NCBI RefSeq assembly: GCF_048403405.1
Contig: NZ_CP183129.1
DNA: 64,000 nt
Direction: 5' to 3' (one strand)
Origin: Escherichia coli
Lineage (GTDB): Bacteria > Pseudomonadota > Gammaproteobacteria > Enterobacterales > Enterobacteriaceae
Shown here piece after piece: positions 11,812 to 23,697 of the stretch; the stretch's first letter is position 1; every line of letters starts with the position of its first letter. The notes under the pieces are model-generated. The model made no database searches. It was not told where the DNA came from and saw nothing but the letters and a program-made list of their open reading frames with translations. Made by a program: the position numbers and the translations under genes.

Positions 11812-12333
11812 ATGAAACGTTTTAGTCTGGCCATTCTGGCGCTGGTTGTTGCGACCGGCGCACAAGCTGCCAGTGAAAAAGTCGAGATGAACCTCGTCAC
11901 GTCGCAAGGGGTTGGGCAGTCAATTGGTAGCGTCACCATTACTGAAACCGATAAAGGTCTGGAGTTTTCGCCCGATCTGAAAGCATTACCCCCCGGTGAA
12001 CATGGCTTCCATATTCATGCCAAAGGAAGCTGCCAGCCAGCCACCAAAGATGGCAAAGCCAGCGCCGCGGAATCCGCAGGCGGGCATCTTGATCCACAAA
12101 ATACCGGTAAACATGAAGGGCCAGAAGGTGCCGGGCATTTAGGCGATCTGCCTGCACTGGTCGTCAATAATGACGGCAAAGCTACCGATGCCGTCATCGC
12201 ACCTCGTCTGAAATCACTGGATGAAGTCAAAGACAAAGCACTGATGGTCCACGTTGGCGGCGATAATATGTCCGATCAACCTAAACCGCTGGGCGGTGGC
12301 GGTGAACGCTATGCCTGTGGTGTAATTAAGTAA
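11812..12333 (+). CDS. sodC: Periplasmic Cu/Zn superoxide dismutase
   Basis: 173-aa product from the ATG at 11812 (SD GGAGG upstream); signal peptide; Cu/Zn SOD His ligands. Confidence 0.93.
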   Translation: MKRFSLAILALVVATGAQAASEKVEMNLVTSQGVGQSIGSVTITETDKGLEFSPDLKALPPGEHGFHIHAKGSCQPATKDGKASAAESAGGHLDPQNTGKHEGPEGAGHLGDLPALVVNNDGKATDAVIAPRLKSLDEVKDKALMVHVGGDNMSDQPKPLGGGGERYACGVIK

Positions 12334-14346
12334 TTAAGAGGCCAGCGTACCTTGTGGCGGTGCTTGCTCAAGTTGCGAAAGCGAGCAGTACAGCCGCCAG
12401 ACAATTGCCGCCAGCTCGCGGGCGGCAGGTTGATGATGGCGGGCAAGGCTGTCGCAAATCCGCTGTAATTCTTCAAGTGTGGCCGCCAGTGATTTTTGCT
12501 GAACGCCACGCTCACTCATCACTCCGCGCAACAGTGAAATACAGTTATCCCGTACTCGCGATAACGGATCGGAACGCGATTCCCAGTCGCGCAATTGCCA
12601 GACAACATGAGAACAGTTCAGCAGCACTACACCCCAGCGTAATAACCAACGGCGAGCCAGCGCATCTTGGCTGTTACTCAACTGACTGACGTGATGATAA
12701 GTGAGCGATTCAAATTCGCTTTCACTCAGTGTTGGATGGCGGCTTAGCTGATCGACAAAATCCCGGCGCAGCGCGCGAATATGACGACGGCTTTTACGAG
12801 CACCCGACCCTGGACGCAAAATGGCGAACGCTAACCACGCCAGCGCAACGCCAACGATTTTTGCCAGATTATCGTTAAGAAAATCAGCAAAATCATACAC
12901 CGGGGGATTAGTGACAGCGATAAACGAACCCATAAAAACAATCAGTTGCCCCCACAGTGCGGCAAATTTGGGCATCTGCAATTTAAGAAGCTGCATTGTC
13001 GCCAGCAGTGGAAAGAGAAACAGTAAAAATTGCCACAGATCGCTAATCTGGACCATCAGGCCAAATTTGACCACAAAGCTGAATAGCGAAAGTAACACCA
13101 GAGTGCGCATCAGTAGTGACAACGACTTAAACGGTGCTGCGACGGCGGAGTAGAGTACGCAGCTAATTGCTGCCAGCGTTAATGCATTGGCACCGGCATC
13201 CCATTGCGAAGCAATACTCCATGCGCCAATCATCATCAACGTACAAAATGTACGCAGTCCGCTCCACATAGCTTCGGCGTTATCGGTATGACGAGCCAGG
13301 CCGGATGTCCGTGGGAGTCTGGTATGATCATCCACACCGCTTTGCAGACGATGTAATTCCTGACTACTTTGCAGATAAAGGCGGCAAAAATAACGTAGTC
13401 GCTGCCAGAAGGCGACGTGCCGGTAGTCGGCGACGTTGGTCGGGCGTAGCGGGGCGATAATACGTGCGACGGTGTAAACATCTGTTTGCGAACTGGCGAG
13501 CGCCGTTAGCAACTGTTCGAGAATTTCTCGCGTGGCACCTGGCGGTGAGGGCCAGTTGAGCAACATACGTCGCAGGCTGGAGATAACACTGGTCATACGT
13601 AATTGCTGGTGGAGTAGCGCATTAAGGCGTGCGTTTTGCTGGCGAAAACGATAGTGGCTCCAGAAAGCCTGGATACGCAGCAAATTCATGGTCAGTATCT
13701 GCCCAATCACCCCCTCATGTGCTGCACGAATGGCATCGGTTGTTTCAGGCTGCCAGAGTAAACTGGCATGTTCCAGTAATCGGGCGTGCATGTTTTTCAA
13801 TGCGGTTAAAAGGGCTGTAGCATCGGAACTACTCGGCAGGATCATCATCATCATGCCGCCGCACAAAATACCGACAATCACCTCGCAAACGCGCGCCTGA
13901 GCGATATCCCACAGCTGGCTGGCCTCAGTAATATTAACCATCGGAAAGGCGATGATGGCAGCCGTGTAGCCCGCCAGTTGAAATGCATACGCGACATTAT
14001 TCGTGAAGTGCGCACAGGCCCAGGTACAAAAGCCAAGCCACGCCGCCATGCTCAAAAGAAAAAACCACGGCTCATTGAGCGTATGTCCGGCAAGAAGCAG
14101 TGCCGCAATGGCTCCGAGCAAACTGCCAGCGATGCGTCCGAGGCTTTTGCTGATGACACCGCCAACGGTGGGAAAGCTAACCACGGCAGCCGAGGTCATC
14201 GCCCAATAGGGTTCATCCAGATTTAAATAATAGGCAACCGTCAGCGCCAGACACATGGCAATGGTATTGCGTAACGCATAACGCCATTGCGCCAGCGTGG
14301 CCCTGAACCAGGGCAAATTGCGCAAGGACCATGACGATGCGTTCAT
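12334..14346 (-). CDS. ydhK: FUSC/AaeB-family inner-membrane efflux protein
   Basis: 670-aa ORF, polytopic membrane protein, AaeB paralogue. Confidence 0.85.
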   Translation of the reverse strand: MNASSWSLRNLPWFRATLAQWRYALRNTIAMCLALTVAYYLNLDEPYWAMTSAAVVSFPTVGGVISKSLGRIAGSLLGAIAALLLAGHTLNEPWFFLLSMAAWLGFCTWACAHFTNNVAYAFQLAGYTAAIIAFPMVNITEASQLWDIAQARVCEVIVGILCGGMMMMILPSSSDATALLTALKNMHARLLEHASLLWQPETTDAIRAAHEGVIGQILTMNLLRIQAFWSHYRFRQQNARLNALLHQQLRMTSVISSLRRMLLNWPSPPGATREILEQLLTALASSQTDVYTVARIIAPLRPTNVADYRHVAFWQRLRYFCRLYLQSSQELHRLQSGVDDHTRLPRTSGLARHTDNAEAMWSGLRTFCTLMMIGAWSIASQWDAGANALTLAAISCVLYSAVAAPFKSLSLLMRTLVLLSLFSFVVKFGLMVQISDLWQFLLFLFPLLATMQLLKLQMPKFAALWGQLIVFMGSFIAVTNPPVYDFADFLNDNLAKIVGVALAWLAFAILRPGSGARKSRRHIRALRRDFVDQLSRHPTLSESEFESLTYHHVSQLSNSQDALARRWLLRWGVVLLNCSHVVWQLRDWESRSDPLSRVRDNCISLLRGVMSERGVQQKSLAATLEELQRICDSLARHHQPAARELAAIVWRLYCSLSQLEQAPPQGTLAS

Positions 14347-15203
14347 TATTGACCTACGGCAATGCTACAGGTGGTGCCCGACACCAGCGTGACATCACCT
14401 GGGACTTTATCCAGCGCAAAGCGGACGGGAACGCGTTGGGCGAGTCGAACCCAGGGGACGTTAGGTTTCACATCCGGAATAAGGCTTGAGTCACTTTCAA
14501 CGCTCTGATCATAAATCGCCCGACCGATACTGGAAACGTGACCCTGTAACGTTTTGTTATCACTATAGAGGGTAATTTGTGCTGGTGCACCTTCGCGGAT
14601 ATGGCGCAACTTGGTTTCTTCAAAATAACCAATGACGTAAAACGAGTGGCTGTCGACAAGAGCAAACAGCGGTTTCCCGGTGTCAGCGTAATCGCCGATG
14701 CGGGTAGTGAGGTTAGTCACCCATCCACTCACCGGGGCGCGAATTTCCGTTTGCGCCAGTTGCCATTGTGCCTGTTTCAGCGTCGCCTGTGCGGCATCAA
14801 CACTGGCCTGCATCGCTTTAACATTGAGGTTAGCGGTATCGAGTTCTTCGGCAGAAATAAAATTTTGTGAGAGATGACGACGACGATTCGCTTCGTTATT
14901 GGCTTTTGCGAGGTCAGATTGCGCTTTCGCCAGCTGAGCCTGTGCGTTCAGCTCGGCGATCTGAAAGGGCGTTTTATCGATCGTGAGCAGAAGATCCCCC
15001 GCGTTAACCAGTTGGTTGTCTTTTATATTCAGCTCAACAATACGTCCCGACACCTGAGGGGTGATAGAAACCTGTTCTGCGCGTATTTTCCCGTCGCGTG
15101 TCCACGGAGATTGCATGTAATAATTCCACAGCCACCATCCGGCAAGAACCGCAACTACCGCTACAATGATTGTTGAGAAATACTTAATTGTTTTAATTGA
15201 CAT
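14346..15203 (-). CDS. ydhJ: HlyD-family membrane fusion protein (AaeA-like)
   Basis: 285-aa product from the ATG at 15201-15203; single N-terminal TM, coiled coil. Confidence 0.85.
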   Translation of the reverse strand: MSIKTIKYFSTIIVAVVAVLAGWWLWNYYMQSPWTRDGKIRAEQVSITPQVSGRIVELNIKDNQLVNAGDLLLTIDKTPFQIAELNAQAQLAKAQSDLAKANNEANRRRHLSQNFISAEELDTANLNVKAMQASVDAAQATLKQAQWQLAQTEIRAPVSGWVTNLTTRIGDYADTGKPLFALVDSHSFYVIGYFEETKLRHIREGAPAQITLYSDNKTLQGHVSSIGRAIYDQSVESDSSLIPDVKPNVPWVRLAQRVPVRFALDKVPGDVTLVSGTTCSIAVGQ

Positions 15204-15205
15204 AG

Positions 15206-15442
15206 TTACCACGCAATCAGTATTGCCAGGGCAAGGCAAACGCAAATCGCAAACAGCGATAAATCCATTAACAAGGGATGCCAGATGTCACCGGCGTAGA
15301 TCCAGCCACGAAGCAGGCGGTGTACGACAAGCCAGATGACGAATCCAAACGCGAAGGCTTTGAAAAACGGAGGAAAGTAGACGGACGCACCGAACACCAG
15401 ATCTTGTAAGGGCAATCCTGTTGCATTGAGCATAAACTTCAC
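15206..15442 (-). CDS. ydhI: DUF1656 small membrane protein (AaeX-like)
   Basis: 78-aa ORF, two TM segments, abuts ydhJ. Confidence 0.8.
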
Positions 15443-15614
15443 AAAGTAGATTCCTTTACGACCGAATATATTGCGTTAGATTAATAAATATTCTTTAAGT
15501 GCGAAAAATTTACGCGCAATTTCTGAAAAATATGTCTGACGGTAACCAAATGCAGCAATACATTTGTTTTAGCAATACAATTGCTGCACACTATTCTAAA
15601 AGCCGCATAATATC

Positions 15615-15626
15615 TTAGCAAGCTAA
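15615..15626. promoter_or_regulatory. SlyA-box palindrome TTAGCAAGCTAA in the slyA / ydhIJK divergent region
   Basis: Exact match to the described SlyA consensus, about 15 bp upstream of the slyA start. Confidence 0.55.
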
Positions 15627-15636
15627 TTATAAGGAG

Positions 15637-16077
15637 ATGAAATTGGAATCGCCACTAGGTTCTGATCTGGCACGGTTGGTGCGCATATGGCGTGCTCTGA
15701 TAGACCATCGCCTGAAACCGCTGGAGTTAACACAAACCCATTGGGTTACGTTACACAATATCCATCAGTTACCTCCAGACCAGTCGCAAATTCAACTGGC
15801 AAAAGCGATTGGCATCGAGCAGCCATCACTGGTCCGTACTCTGGACCAACTGGAAGAAAAAGGGTTAATTTCGCGTCAAACTTGTGCCAGCGATCGTCGG
15901 GCTAAACGTATTAAACTGACGGAAAAGGCAGAGCCGCTGATCAGCGAAATGGAAGCTGTTATTAACAAAACCCGCGCGGAAATTTTACATGGCATCTCCG
16001 CAGAGGAACTGGAACAACTGATTAAGCTCATCGCAAAACTTGAGCATAATATCATTGAGTTACAGGCCAAAGGGTGA
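15637..16077 (+). CDS. slyA: MarR-family transcriptional regulator SlyA (start may be the TTG at 15643)
   Basis: 144-146-aa ORF, winged-helix MarR family. Confidence 0.93.
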
Positions 16078-16087
16078 AATGAAGGGG

Positions 16088-16115
16088 GCGTGTGGTCAGT
16101 AACCTGACCACACGC
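16088..16115. terminator. Bidirectional hairpin GTGTGGTCAG-TAAC-CTGACCACAC between convergent slyA and slyB
   Basis: Perfect 10-bp stem. Confidence 0.6.
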
Positions 16116-16123
16116 AAACTTAT

Positions 16124-16591
16124 TTAGCGCGGGGAAACGGTCACCTGACTGCCATTGCTGGCCAGTACGACACGTTGGCCCGGAGAGAAACGAGTGTTGC
16201 CTTGTTTCTGTACCACCATGATGGTATTACCATCGTCTTTACGAATTTCCAGCTCGACACCCTGCGTTTTGTTCATTGCACTCTGTACGCCCTGACCGGC
16301 TACGCCACCTGCAACAGCGCCTGCTGCAGTAGCCAGAGAACGCCCGGTTCCGCCACCAACAGTATTCCCAAGGAAACCACCAAGAACAGCACCGCCAATT
16401 GCGCCGATAACGTTGGAATCATCACCGCCCTGAATCTGTACCGGACGTACGTTAACGATGGTGCCATAGCTGACATTCTGTACTTGTTTCGCTTCAGAAG
16501 CGGTATAAACATCCCCTGACAGGGTGTCGTTATTAACACAACCGACAAGAGACAGACCTACCATTGAAACAACCAATACGCGTTTAATCAT
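16124..16591 (-). CDS. slyB: Outer-membrane lipoprotein SlyB (glycine-zipper)
   Basis: 155-aa ORF; lipobox LVGC; Gly-rich segment. Confidence 0.93.
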   Translation of the reverse strand: MIKRVLVVSMVGLSLVGCVNNDTLSGDVYTASEAKQVQNVSYGTIVNVRPVQIQGGDDSNVIGAIGGAVLGGFLGNTVGGGTGRSLATAAGAVAGGVAGQGVQSAMNKTQGVELEIRKDDGNTIMVVQKQGNTRFSPGQRVVLASNGSQVTVSPR

Positions 16592-16714
16592 TGAAAAATC
16601 TCCTGTTCACCATGAAACGCCACGCAAGCATCCCTCATGGTCAAAGTATATGGCATATGTGAATCCATGGTTACATGTTCTACCAAATATGAGCAAATCA
16701 TAATGAAAGTAGGA

Positions 16715-16731
16715 TCAACCAATTATAAACA
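16715..16731 (-). promoter_or_regulatory. Candidate PhoP box (minus strand TGTTTA-TAATT-GGTTGA) upstream of slyB
   Basis: Direct-repeat half sites with 5-nt spacer, about 125 bp upstream of the slyB start; slyB is a known PhoP target. Confidence 0.3.
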
Positions 16732-16864
16732 AAACATTCATGATGATTATTGATTTGAAGATAATGTTTTACTACCAACGGTAAAAATCGGTCATTCCGC
16801 ATGGTATTCACGAAAAGTTTATGTTTGAGTGGTGCGCAAACGTCAGATTGAAAAAGGATGAACT

Positions 16865-17974
16865 ATGAAATCGGGCCGCTTTATTGGCGTTATGTCAGGC
16901 ACCAGCCTTGATGGTGTTGATGTTGTGTTGGCGACAATTGATGAACACCGGGTCGCACAGCTGGCAAGTTTGAGCTGGCCGATCCCGGTGTCTCTGAAAC
17001 AGGCTGTACTGGATATTTGCCAGGGCCAGCAGCTTACACTTTCGCAGTTTGGACAGCTTGATACTCAACTCGGGCGACTTTTTGCTGATGCGGTCAATGC
17101 CTTGCTTAAGGAACAAAACCTGCAGGCGAGAGATATCGTTGCGATCGGCTGTCACGGTCAAACCGTCTGGCATGAACCGACGGGCGTGGCACCACACACT
17201 TTACAGATTGGCGATAACAATCAAATTGTGGCACGCACCGGAATTACGGTTGTCGGTGATTTTCGCCGTCGCGATATTGCCTTGGGAGGACAAGGCGCAC
17301 CGCTGGTACCTGCGTTCCATCATGCGCTGCTGGCTCACCCAACCGAGCGACGAATGGTGCTCAATATTGGTGGCATCGCCAATCTGTCACTGCTCATTCC
17401 TGGGCAGCCGGTAGGGGGCTACGATACCGGTCCTGGTAACATGCTGATGGATGCCTGGATCTGGCGTCAGGCCGGTAAACCTTACGATAAAGATGCCGAG
17501 TGGGCACGGGCGGGTAAAGTCATTCTCCCACTGCTGCAAAATATGCTTAGCGACCCGTATTTCTCGCAACCCGCACCGAAAAGCACCGGACGCGAATACT
17601 TTAACTACGGTTGGCTGGAGCGCCATTTGCGCCATTTTCCGGGTGTTGATCCCCGAGATGTACAGGCGACACTGGCAGAACTCACCGCCGTGACCATTTC
17701 TGAACAAGTTTTGTTGAGCGGTGGCTGCGAACGATTGATGGTATGTGGTGGAGGAAGTCGTAATCCGCTACTCATGGCGCGTCTGGCGGCATTACTGCCA
17801 GGCACAGAAGTCACCACCACCGATGCCGTTGGCATTAGTGGCGATGACATGGAAGCATTGGCTTTCGCCTGGCTTGCCTGGCGGACGCTGGCGGGATTAC
17901 CAGGAAATCTGCCTTCCGTCACTGGCGCAAGCCAGGAGACGGTACTCGGGGCTATTTTCCCCGCTAACCCGTGA
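16865..17974 (+). CDS. anmK: Anhydro-N-acetylmuramic acid kinase
   Basis: 369-aa ORF. Confidence 0.93.
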
Positions 17975-18071
17975 TATCAGAGTTAACTGAATTTTTCTTA
18001 CCGCGTCTGCCGTTACACTTGGAACGTTAGGGAGGGCGTATTGCCCTCCAGACCAGGAAAGTCTTCGGGAT

Positions 18072-18401
18072 ATGTCTATGAAAAAACTGTTACTGATCTG
18101 TTTGCCGGTCCTTCTCACCGGCTGTAGCGCGTTCAATCAACTGGTTGAGCGCATGCAAACCGATACGCTGGAATACCAGTGTGATGAAAAACCGTTGACG
18201 GTCAAACTGAATAATCCGCGCCAGGAAGTCAGTTTTGTTTACGATAATCAACTACTGCATCTCAAACAGGGCATTTCTGCGTCTGGTGCACGTTACACCG
18301 ACGGGATCTATGTTTTCTGGTCGAAAGGCGAGGAAGCGACAGTCTATAAACGCGACCGCATCGTCTTGAATAACTGTCAGTTACAAAATCCACAGCGTTG
18401 A
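18072..18401 (+). CDS. mliC: Membrane-bound lysozyme inhibitor of C-type lysozyme (lipoprotein)
   Basis: 109-aa ORF; lipobox LTGC. Confidence 0.9.
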   Translation: MSMKKLLLICLPVLLTGCSAFNQLVERMQTDTLEYQCDEKPLTVKLNNPRQEVSFVYDNQLLHLKQGISASGARYTDGIYVFWSKGEEATVYKRDRIVLNNCQLQNPQR

Positions 18402-18459
18402 GATTTTTCCAGGGGCGGCGCACAATAGCGTCACCCACTGACAATCCGTAAAGAAAACC

Positions 18460-19116
18460 ATGTCTGATAACGACGAATTGCAGCAAATCGCGCATCTGCG
18501 CCGTGAATACACCAAAGGCGGATTACGCCGCCGCGATCTTCCCGCCGATCCATTAACCCTTTTTGAACGCTGGCTCTCTCAGGCGTGTGAAGCCAAACTG
18601 GCGGACCCTACCGCGATGGTGGTCGCTACCGTGGATGAACATGGTCAGCCTTATCAGCGCATCGTTTTACTCAAACATTACGACGAAAAAGGCATGGTGT
18701 TTTACACCAACCTCGGCAGCCGTAAAGCACATCAAATCGAAAATAATCCGCGCGTTAGCCTGCTGTTCCCGTGGCATACCCTTGAGCGCCAGGTGATGGT
18801 GATCGGTAAAGCGGAACGACTTTCGACTCTCGAAGTGATGAAATATTTTCATAGTCGCCCCCGTGATAGCCAGATTGGTGCATGGGTTTCGAAGCAGTCC
18901 AGTCGCATTTCTGCCCGCGGTATCCTTGAAAGTAAATTCCTGGAGCTGAAGCAGAAGTTTCAACAGGGCGAAGTGCCATTGCCGAGTTTTTGGGGCGGTT
19001 TTCGCGTCAGCCTTGAACAGATTGAGTTCTGGCAGGGCGGTGAGCATCGCCTGCATGACCGCTTTTTGTACCAGCGTGAAAATGATGCGTGGAAGATTGA
19101 TCGTCTTGCCCCCTGA
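18460..19116 (+). CDS. pdxH: Pyridoxine/pyridoxamine 5'-phosphate oxidase
   Basis: 218-aa ORF. Confidence 0.95.
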
Positions 19117-19244
19117 AAAGATGCAAAAATCTTGCTTTAATCGCTGGTACTCCTGATTCTGGCACTTTATTCTATGTCTCTTTCGCATCTGGCGAAAAGT
19201 CGTGTACCGGCAAAGGTGCAGTCGTTATATACATGGAGATTTTG

Positions 19245-20519
19245 ATGGCAAGCAGTAACTTGATTAAACAATTGCAAGAGCGGGGGCTGGTAGCCCAGGT
19301 GACGGACGAGGAAGCGTTAGCAGAGCGACTGGCGCAAGGCCCGATCGCGCTCTATTGCGGCTTCGATCCTACCGCTGACAGCTTGCATTTGGGGCATCTT
19401 GTTCCATTGTTATGCCTGAAACGCTTCCAGCAGGCGGGCCACAAGCCGGTTGCGCTGGTAGGCGGCGCGACGGGTCTGATTGGCGACCCGAGCTTCAAAG
19501 CTGCTGAGCGTAAGCTGAACACCGAAGAAACTGTTCAGGAATGGGTGGACAAAATCCGCAAGCAGGTTGCCCCGTTCCTCGATTTCGACTGTGGAGAAAA
19601 CTCTGCTATCGCGGCGAACAACTATGACTGGTTCGGCAATATGAATGTGCTGACCTTCCTGCGCGATATTGGCAAACACTTCTCCGTTAACCAGATGATC
19701 AACAAAGAAGCGGTTAAGCAGCGTCTCAACCGTGAAGATCAGGGGATTTCGTTCACTGAGTTTTCCTACAACCTGTTGCAGGGTTATGACTTCGCCTGTC
19801 TGAACAAACAGTACGGTGTGGTGCTGCAAATTGGTGGTTCTGACCAGTGGGGTAACATCACTTCTGGTATCGACCTGACCCGTCGTCTGCATCAGAATCA
19901 GGTGTTTGGCCTGACCGTTCCGCTGATCACCAAAGCAGACGGCACCAAATTTGGTAAAACTGAAGGCGGCGCAGTCTGGTTGGATCCGAAGAAAACCAGC
20001 CCGTACAAATTCTACCAGTTCTGGATCAACACTGCGGATGCCGACGTTTACCGCTTCCTGAAGTTCTTCACCTTTATGAGCATTGAAGAGATCAACGCCC
20101 TGGAAGAAGAAGATAAAAACAGTGGTAAAGCACCGCGCGCCCAGTATGTACTGGCGGAACAGGTGACACGTCTGGTGCATGGTGAAGAAGGTTTGCAGGC
20201 GGCAAAACGTATTACCGAATGCCTGTTCAGCGGTTCCTTGAGTGCGCTGAGTGAAGCGGACTTCGAACAGCTGGCGCAGGACGGCGTACCGATGGTTGAG
20301 ATGGAAAAAGGCGCAGACCTGATGCAGGCGCTGGTCGATTCTGAACTGCAACCTTCTCGTGGTCAGGCGCGTAAAACTATCGCTTCCAATGCCATCACCA
20401 TTAACGGTGAAAAACAGTCCGATCCTGAATACTTCTTTAAAGAAGAAGATCGTCTGTTTGGTCGTTTTACCTTACTGCGTCGCGGCAAAAAGAATTACTG
20501 TCTGATTTGCTGGAAATAA
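19245..20519 (+). CDS. tyrS: Tyrosyl-tRNA synthetase
   Basis: 424-aa product from the ATG at 19245; class I HIGH (HLGH) and KMSKS-like (KFGKT) motifs. Confidence 0.97.
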
Positions 20520-20534
20520 TGCATTAAGTGGAAA

Positions 20535-20567
20535 GGGGGAGTGAGAAATCACTCCCCCTGGTTTTTA
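20535..20567 (+). terminator. Rho-independent terminator GGGGGAGTGA-GAAA-TCACTCCCCC + TGGTTTTTAT after tyrS
   Basis: 10-bp GC-rich stem and T-run; ends 10 nt before the pdxY start. Confidence 0.6.
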
Positions 20568-20577
20568 TACAGGGAAC

Positions 20578-21441
20578 ATGATGAAAAATATTCTCGCTAT
20601 CCAGTCTCACGTTGTTTATGGTCATGCGGGTAACAGTGCGGCAGAGTTTCCGATGCGCCGCCTGGGCGCGAACGTCTGGCCGCTGAACACCGTTCAATTT
20701 TCTAATCACACCCAATACGGCAAATGGACTGGCTGCGTGATGCCGCCCAGCCATTTAACCGAAATTGTGCAAGGCATTGCCGCCATTGATAAATTACACA
20801 CCTGTGATGCCGTATTAAGTGGCTATCTGGGTTCGGCGGAGCAGGGTGAACATATTCTCGGTATCGTTCGTCAGGTGAAAGCAGCAAATCCGCAGGCGAA
20901 ATATTTTTGCGATCCGGTAATGGGTCATCCGGAAAAAGGCTGTATCGTTGCACCGGGTGTCGCAGAGTTTCATGTGCGTCACGGTTTGCCTGCCAGCGAT
21001 ATCATTGCGCCGAATCTGGTTGAGCTGGAGATACTCTGTGAGCATCCGGTAAATAACGTCGAAGAAGCGGTTCTGGCAGCGCGTGAACTCATTGCGCAAG
21101 GGCCACAAATTGTGTTGGTTAAACACCTGGCGCGGGCTGGCTACAGCCGTGACCGTTTTGAAATGCTGCTGGTTACCGCCGATGAAGCCTGGCATATCAG
21201 CCGTCCGCTGGTGGATTTTGGTATGCGCCAGCCGGTAGGTGTTGGTGATGTGACGAGCGGTTTACTGCTGGTGAAACTGCTTCAGGGGGCAACGCTGCAG
21301 GAGGCCCTGGAACATGTGACCGCTGCAGTATACGAAATCATGGTGACCACCAAAGCAATGCAGGAATATGAGCTGCAAGTGGTTGCTGCTCAGGATCGTA
21401 TTGCCAAACCAGAACATTATTTCAGCGCAACAAAGCTCTGA
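20578..21441 (+). CDS. pdxY: Pyridoxal kinase 2
   Basis: 287-aa ORF, ribokinase-like fold. Confidence 0.95.
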   Translation: MMKNILAIQSHVVYGHAGNSAAEFPMRRLGANVWPLNTVQFSNHTQYGKWTGCVMPPSHLTEIVQGIAAIDKLHTCDAVLSGYLGSAEQGEHILGIVRQVKAANPQAKYFCDPVMGHPEKGCIVAPGVAEFHVRHGLPASDIIAPNLVELEILCEHPVNNVEEAVLAARELIAQGPQIVLVKHLARAGYSRDRFEMLLVTADEAWHISRPLVDFGMRQPVGVGDVTSGLLLVKLLQGATLQEALEHVTAAVYEIMVTTKAMQEYELQVVAAQDRIAKPEHYFSATKL

Positions 21442-21453
21442 AATATCTCATTT

Positions 21454-21477
21454 CGGCCCACAACGACCTGTGGGCCG
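21454..21477. terminator. Bidirectional hairpin CGGCCCACA-ACGACC-TGTGGGCCG between convergent pdxY and gstA
   Basis: Perfect 9-bp stem. Confidence 0.55.
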
Positions 21478-21484
21478 ATGGCTA

Positions 21485-22090
21485 TTACTTTAAGCCTTCC
21501 GCTGACAGCGCGTCTTGTACTTCCGGACGTTCAGCCATACGTTGCATAAATGCCGCAATGTGCTCTAACCCTTCCAGATTCAGTTTCACCGCGTATGCCC
21601 AGCGCAGAACCGTAAACAGATAGGCATCAGCAATTGTAAATCGTTGCCCGCAGATCCAGTGCTCATCCTTCAGAGCATCGTTCACATATTGCAGCTTCTT
21701 CTCCAGCTGCGCGCGAACTGTTGGTTTGTACTCTTCCGGTGTATCAGGGCGAAACAGAGGTGTGAAGCCTTTATGCAGCTCGGTGGCGATGTAATTCAGC
21801 CATTCGATGGTTTTATAGCGGGAAATACTGTTTACCGGTGCCAGCAACTGGCGGTCGGGGACGCTGTCGGCAAGATACTGCATAATTGCTACGCCTTCCG
21901 TCAGCAAAGTACCATCGTCCAGCAGCAATGCAGGCACCTGTCCCTTAGGGTTAACGGCAAAGTAATCGTCACCGTTTTCGAGACGTTTTTTCATTAAATC
22001 CACACTGACGAGCGTAAAATCCTTTCCGCTCTCACGCAGGGTGATATGGGAAGCGAGAGAGCAGGCACCCGGTTTGTAGAACAATTTCAT
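21485..22090 (-). CDS. gstA: Glutathione S-transferase
   Basis: 201-aa ORF. Confidence 0.93.
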   Translation of the reverse strand: MKLFYKPGACSLASHITLRESGKDFTLVSVDLMKKRLENGDDYFAVNPKGQVPALLLDDGTLLTEGVAIMQYLADSVPDRQLLAPVNSISRYKTIEWLNYIATELHKGFTPLFRPDTPEEYKPTVRAQLEKKLQYVNDALKDEHWICGQRFTIADAYLFTVLRWAYAVKLNLEGLEHIAAFMQRMAERPEVQDALSAEGLK

Positions 22091-22138
22091 CGGTAACTCC
22101 TTTTGTCTGTGGTTTAAAGTATGGTAGTGCGTTGCTGA

Positions 22139-22173
22139 ACAAAAAAAAGCCGCTAACGAAAAGTTAGCGGCTT
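22139..22173 (-). terminator. Rho-independent terminator of dtpA (stem AAGCCGCTAAC / GTTAGCGGCTT + U8)
   Basis: 11-bp stem; A8 run on plus strand equals U-run on the minus transcript. Confidence 0.75.
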
Positions 22174-22194
22174 GTAAAAGAGTTTCCCTGAATT

Positions 22195-23697
22195 TTACGC
22201 TACAGCAGCTTTCGCCGCTTTGTCTGCAGCGTCATCCTGCGTCATGCGGTGCAGTTTCGGCGCGGTCAGCAGCATCAGAACTGCAATAACGGCAGTAGCG
22301 ACACCAATCTGCAAGAATACGCGACCATAGACTTCCAGTGACATCAGCGGATCGGTAACGTTATCCGGCACAGCCATCATACCCGCAACATAACCACCAA
22401 TCAGGTTTGCACCGGCAGTGGTCAGGAACCAGCTACCCATAATGAAGCCCATCAGACGCTGCGGAACGAGTTGTGGGACCATTGCCAGACCCAGACCAGA
22501 GATCATCAGTTCCCCGATACTCTGCAGGCCATAGCTCGCGACCAGCCAGCTTACAGACACGATACCAGCGTCAGACGCGAATTTCGCACCCAGCGGCAGA
22601 ATCAGGAACGCACCAGAACACATCACCATGCCGATTGCAAACTTGGTTGGCATCGGCAGGGTATCGCCCATCTTGTTATAGATAGCGGCCAGAATCGGAC
22701 TACCGATGATGATCCAGAACGGGTTCAGTGCCTGATACTGCTCAGGTTCTACGGCCAGACCCAGAATGGAGTGCTCAACGTTACGAATCGCAAAGAAGTT
22801 CAGTGACGTTGGCATCTGGCTGTACAGCACGAAGAAGATAATGGCTTCGAGCATCAGGATGAAGGCAACGATCATTTTACGACGCGCAGCACCTTTCATC
22901 GCGAAGGCTTCTTTACCGAAGATAACCACAATACCGAAGGCAACAACGCCCAGCGCCATACGCGCAACTTCCTGATTGTGCAGCAGCCAGGTGGCGATAG
23001 CGATCAGTGCCACAACACCAATAATGGTCAGCAGCAGGTTACGGTAGTTGATAGGCTCGAAGTCTGGTTTTGAACCGTACTGTTTAACCCAGCGTTGGCA
23101 GAAGGCGAAGTTAACGATAGTGATCAGCAGGCCTACAACGCTCAACGCAAACGCAACACTCCAGCCGTATTTCGCGGCCAGCCACGGGGTGGCGATCATA
23201 GAGAAGAAAGAGCCGATGTTGACGGACATGTAGTACATGGTGAATGCACCGTCCAGACGCGGGTCGTTTTTCTCATAGCATGTAGAAAGCAGAGAAGACG
23301 GGTTAGCTTTAAACAGGCCGTTACCGACCGCAATAGCCGCCATACCCATATAAACGATACCGGCGTCGTGACCAGACCAGGCAACCAGAGCATAACCAAT
23401 CGCCAGCACAATAGCGCCAAGCATAATTACGCGTTTAGTACCCAGTACCTTGTCACCTAACCAGCCGCCGATAGCGACCAGACCATAAACCAGGGCACTA
23501 AAGGAAGAGAAAAGGGTGATTGAATCCGCTTCAGACATACCCAGTTGTTTAACCAGGTAAACAGCCATAATTCCTTGTAGGCCGTAATAACCAAAACGTT
23601 CCCATAACTCAATCGAGAAGATGAGATAGAACGCCTTCGGTTGTTTGAAAGCGTTCAAACTGACGCTTTCAGTTGGTTTTTGGTTTGCAGTGGACAC
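22195..23697 (-). CDS. dtpA: Proton-dependent di/tripeptide permease (POT family), GTG start
   Basis: 500-aa ORF; SD AGAGG upstream. Confidence 0.93.
   Translation of the reverse strand: MSTANQKPTESVSLNAFKQPKAFYLIFSIELWERFGYYGLQGIMAVYLVKQLGMSEADSITLFSSFSALVYGLVAIGGWLGDKVLGTKRVIMLGAIVLAIGYALVAWSGHDAGIVYMGMAAIAVGNGLFKANPSSLLSTCYEKNDPRLDGAFTMYYMSVNIGSFFSMIATPWLAAKYGWSVAFALSVVGLLITIVNFAFCQRWVKQYGSKPDFEPINYRNLLLTIIGVVALIAIATWLLHNQEVARMALGVVAFGIVVIFGKEAFAMKGAARRKMIVAFILMLEAIIFFVLYSQMPTSLNFFAIRNVEHSILGLAVEPEQYQALNPFWIIIGSPILAAIYNKMGDTLPMPTKFAIGMVMCSGAFLILPLGAKFASDAGIVSVSWLVASYGLQSIGELMISGLGLAMVPQLVPQRLMGFIMGSWFLTTAGANLIGGYVAGMMAVPDNVTDPLMSLEVYGRVFLQIGVATAVIAVLMLLTAPKLHRMTQDDAADKAAKAAVA

Noticed and set aside
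12322-12340. Direct repeat TAATTAAG-TAATTAAG at the sodC/ydhK junction
   Set aside because: Too short to be meaningful; it is explained by the two abutting stop codons.
19410-20351. 313-aa antisense ORF inside tyrS (similar antisense ORFs lie inside uidA 40511..41125, lhr, pntB and fumA)
   Set aside because: Fully embedded antisense to strongly supported genes, no recognisable domains; typical shadow ORFs in GC-balanced coding DNA.
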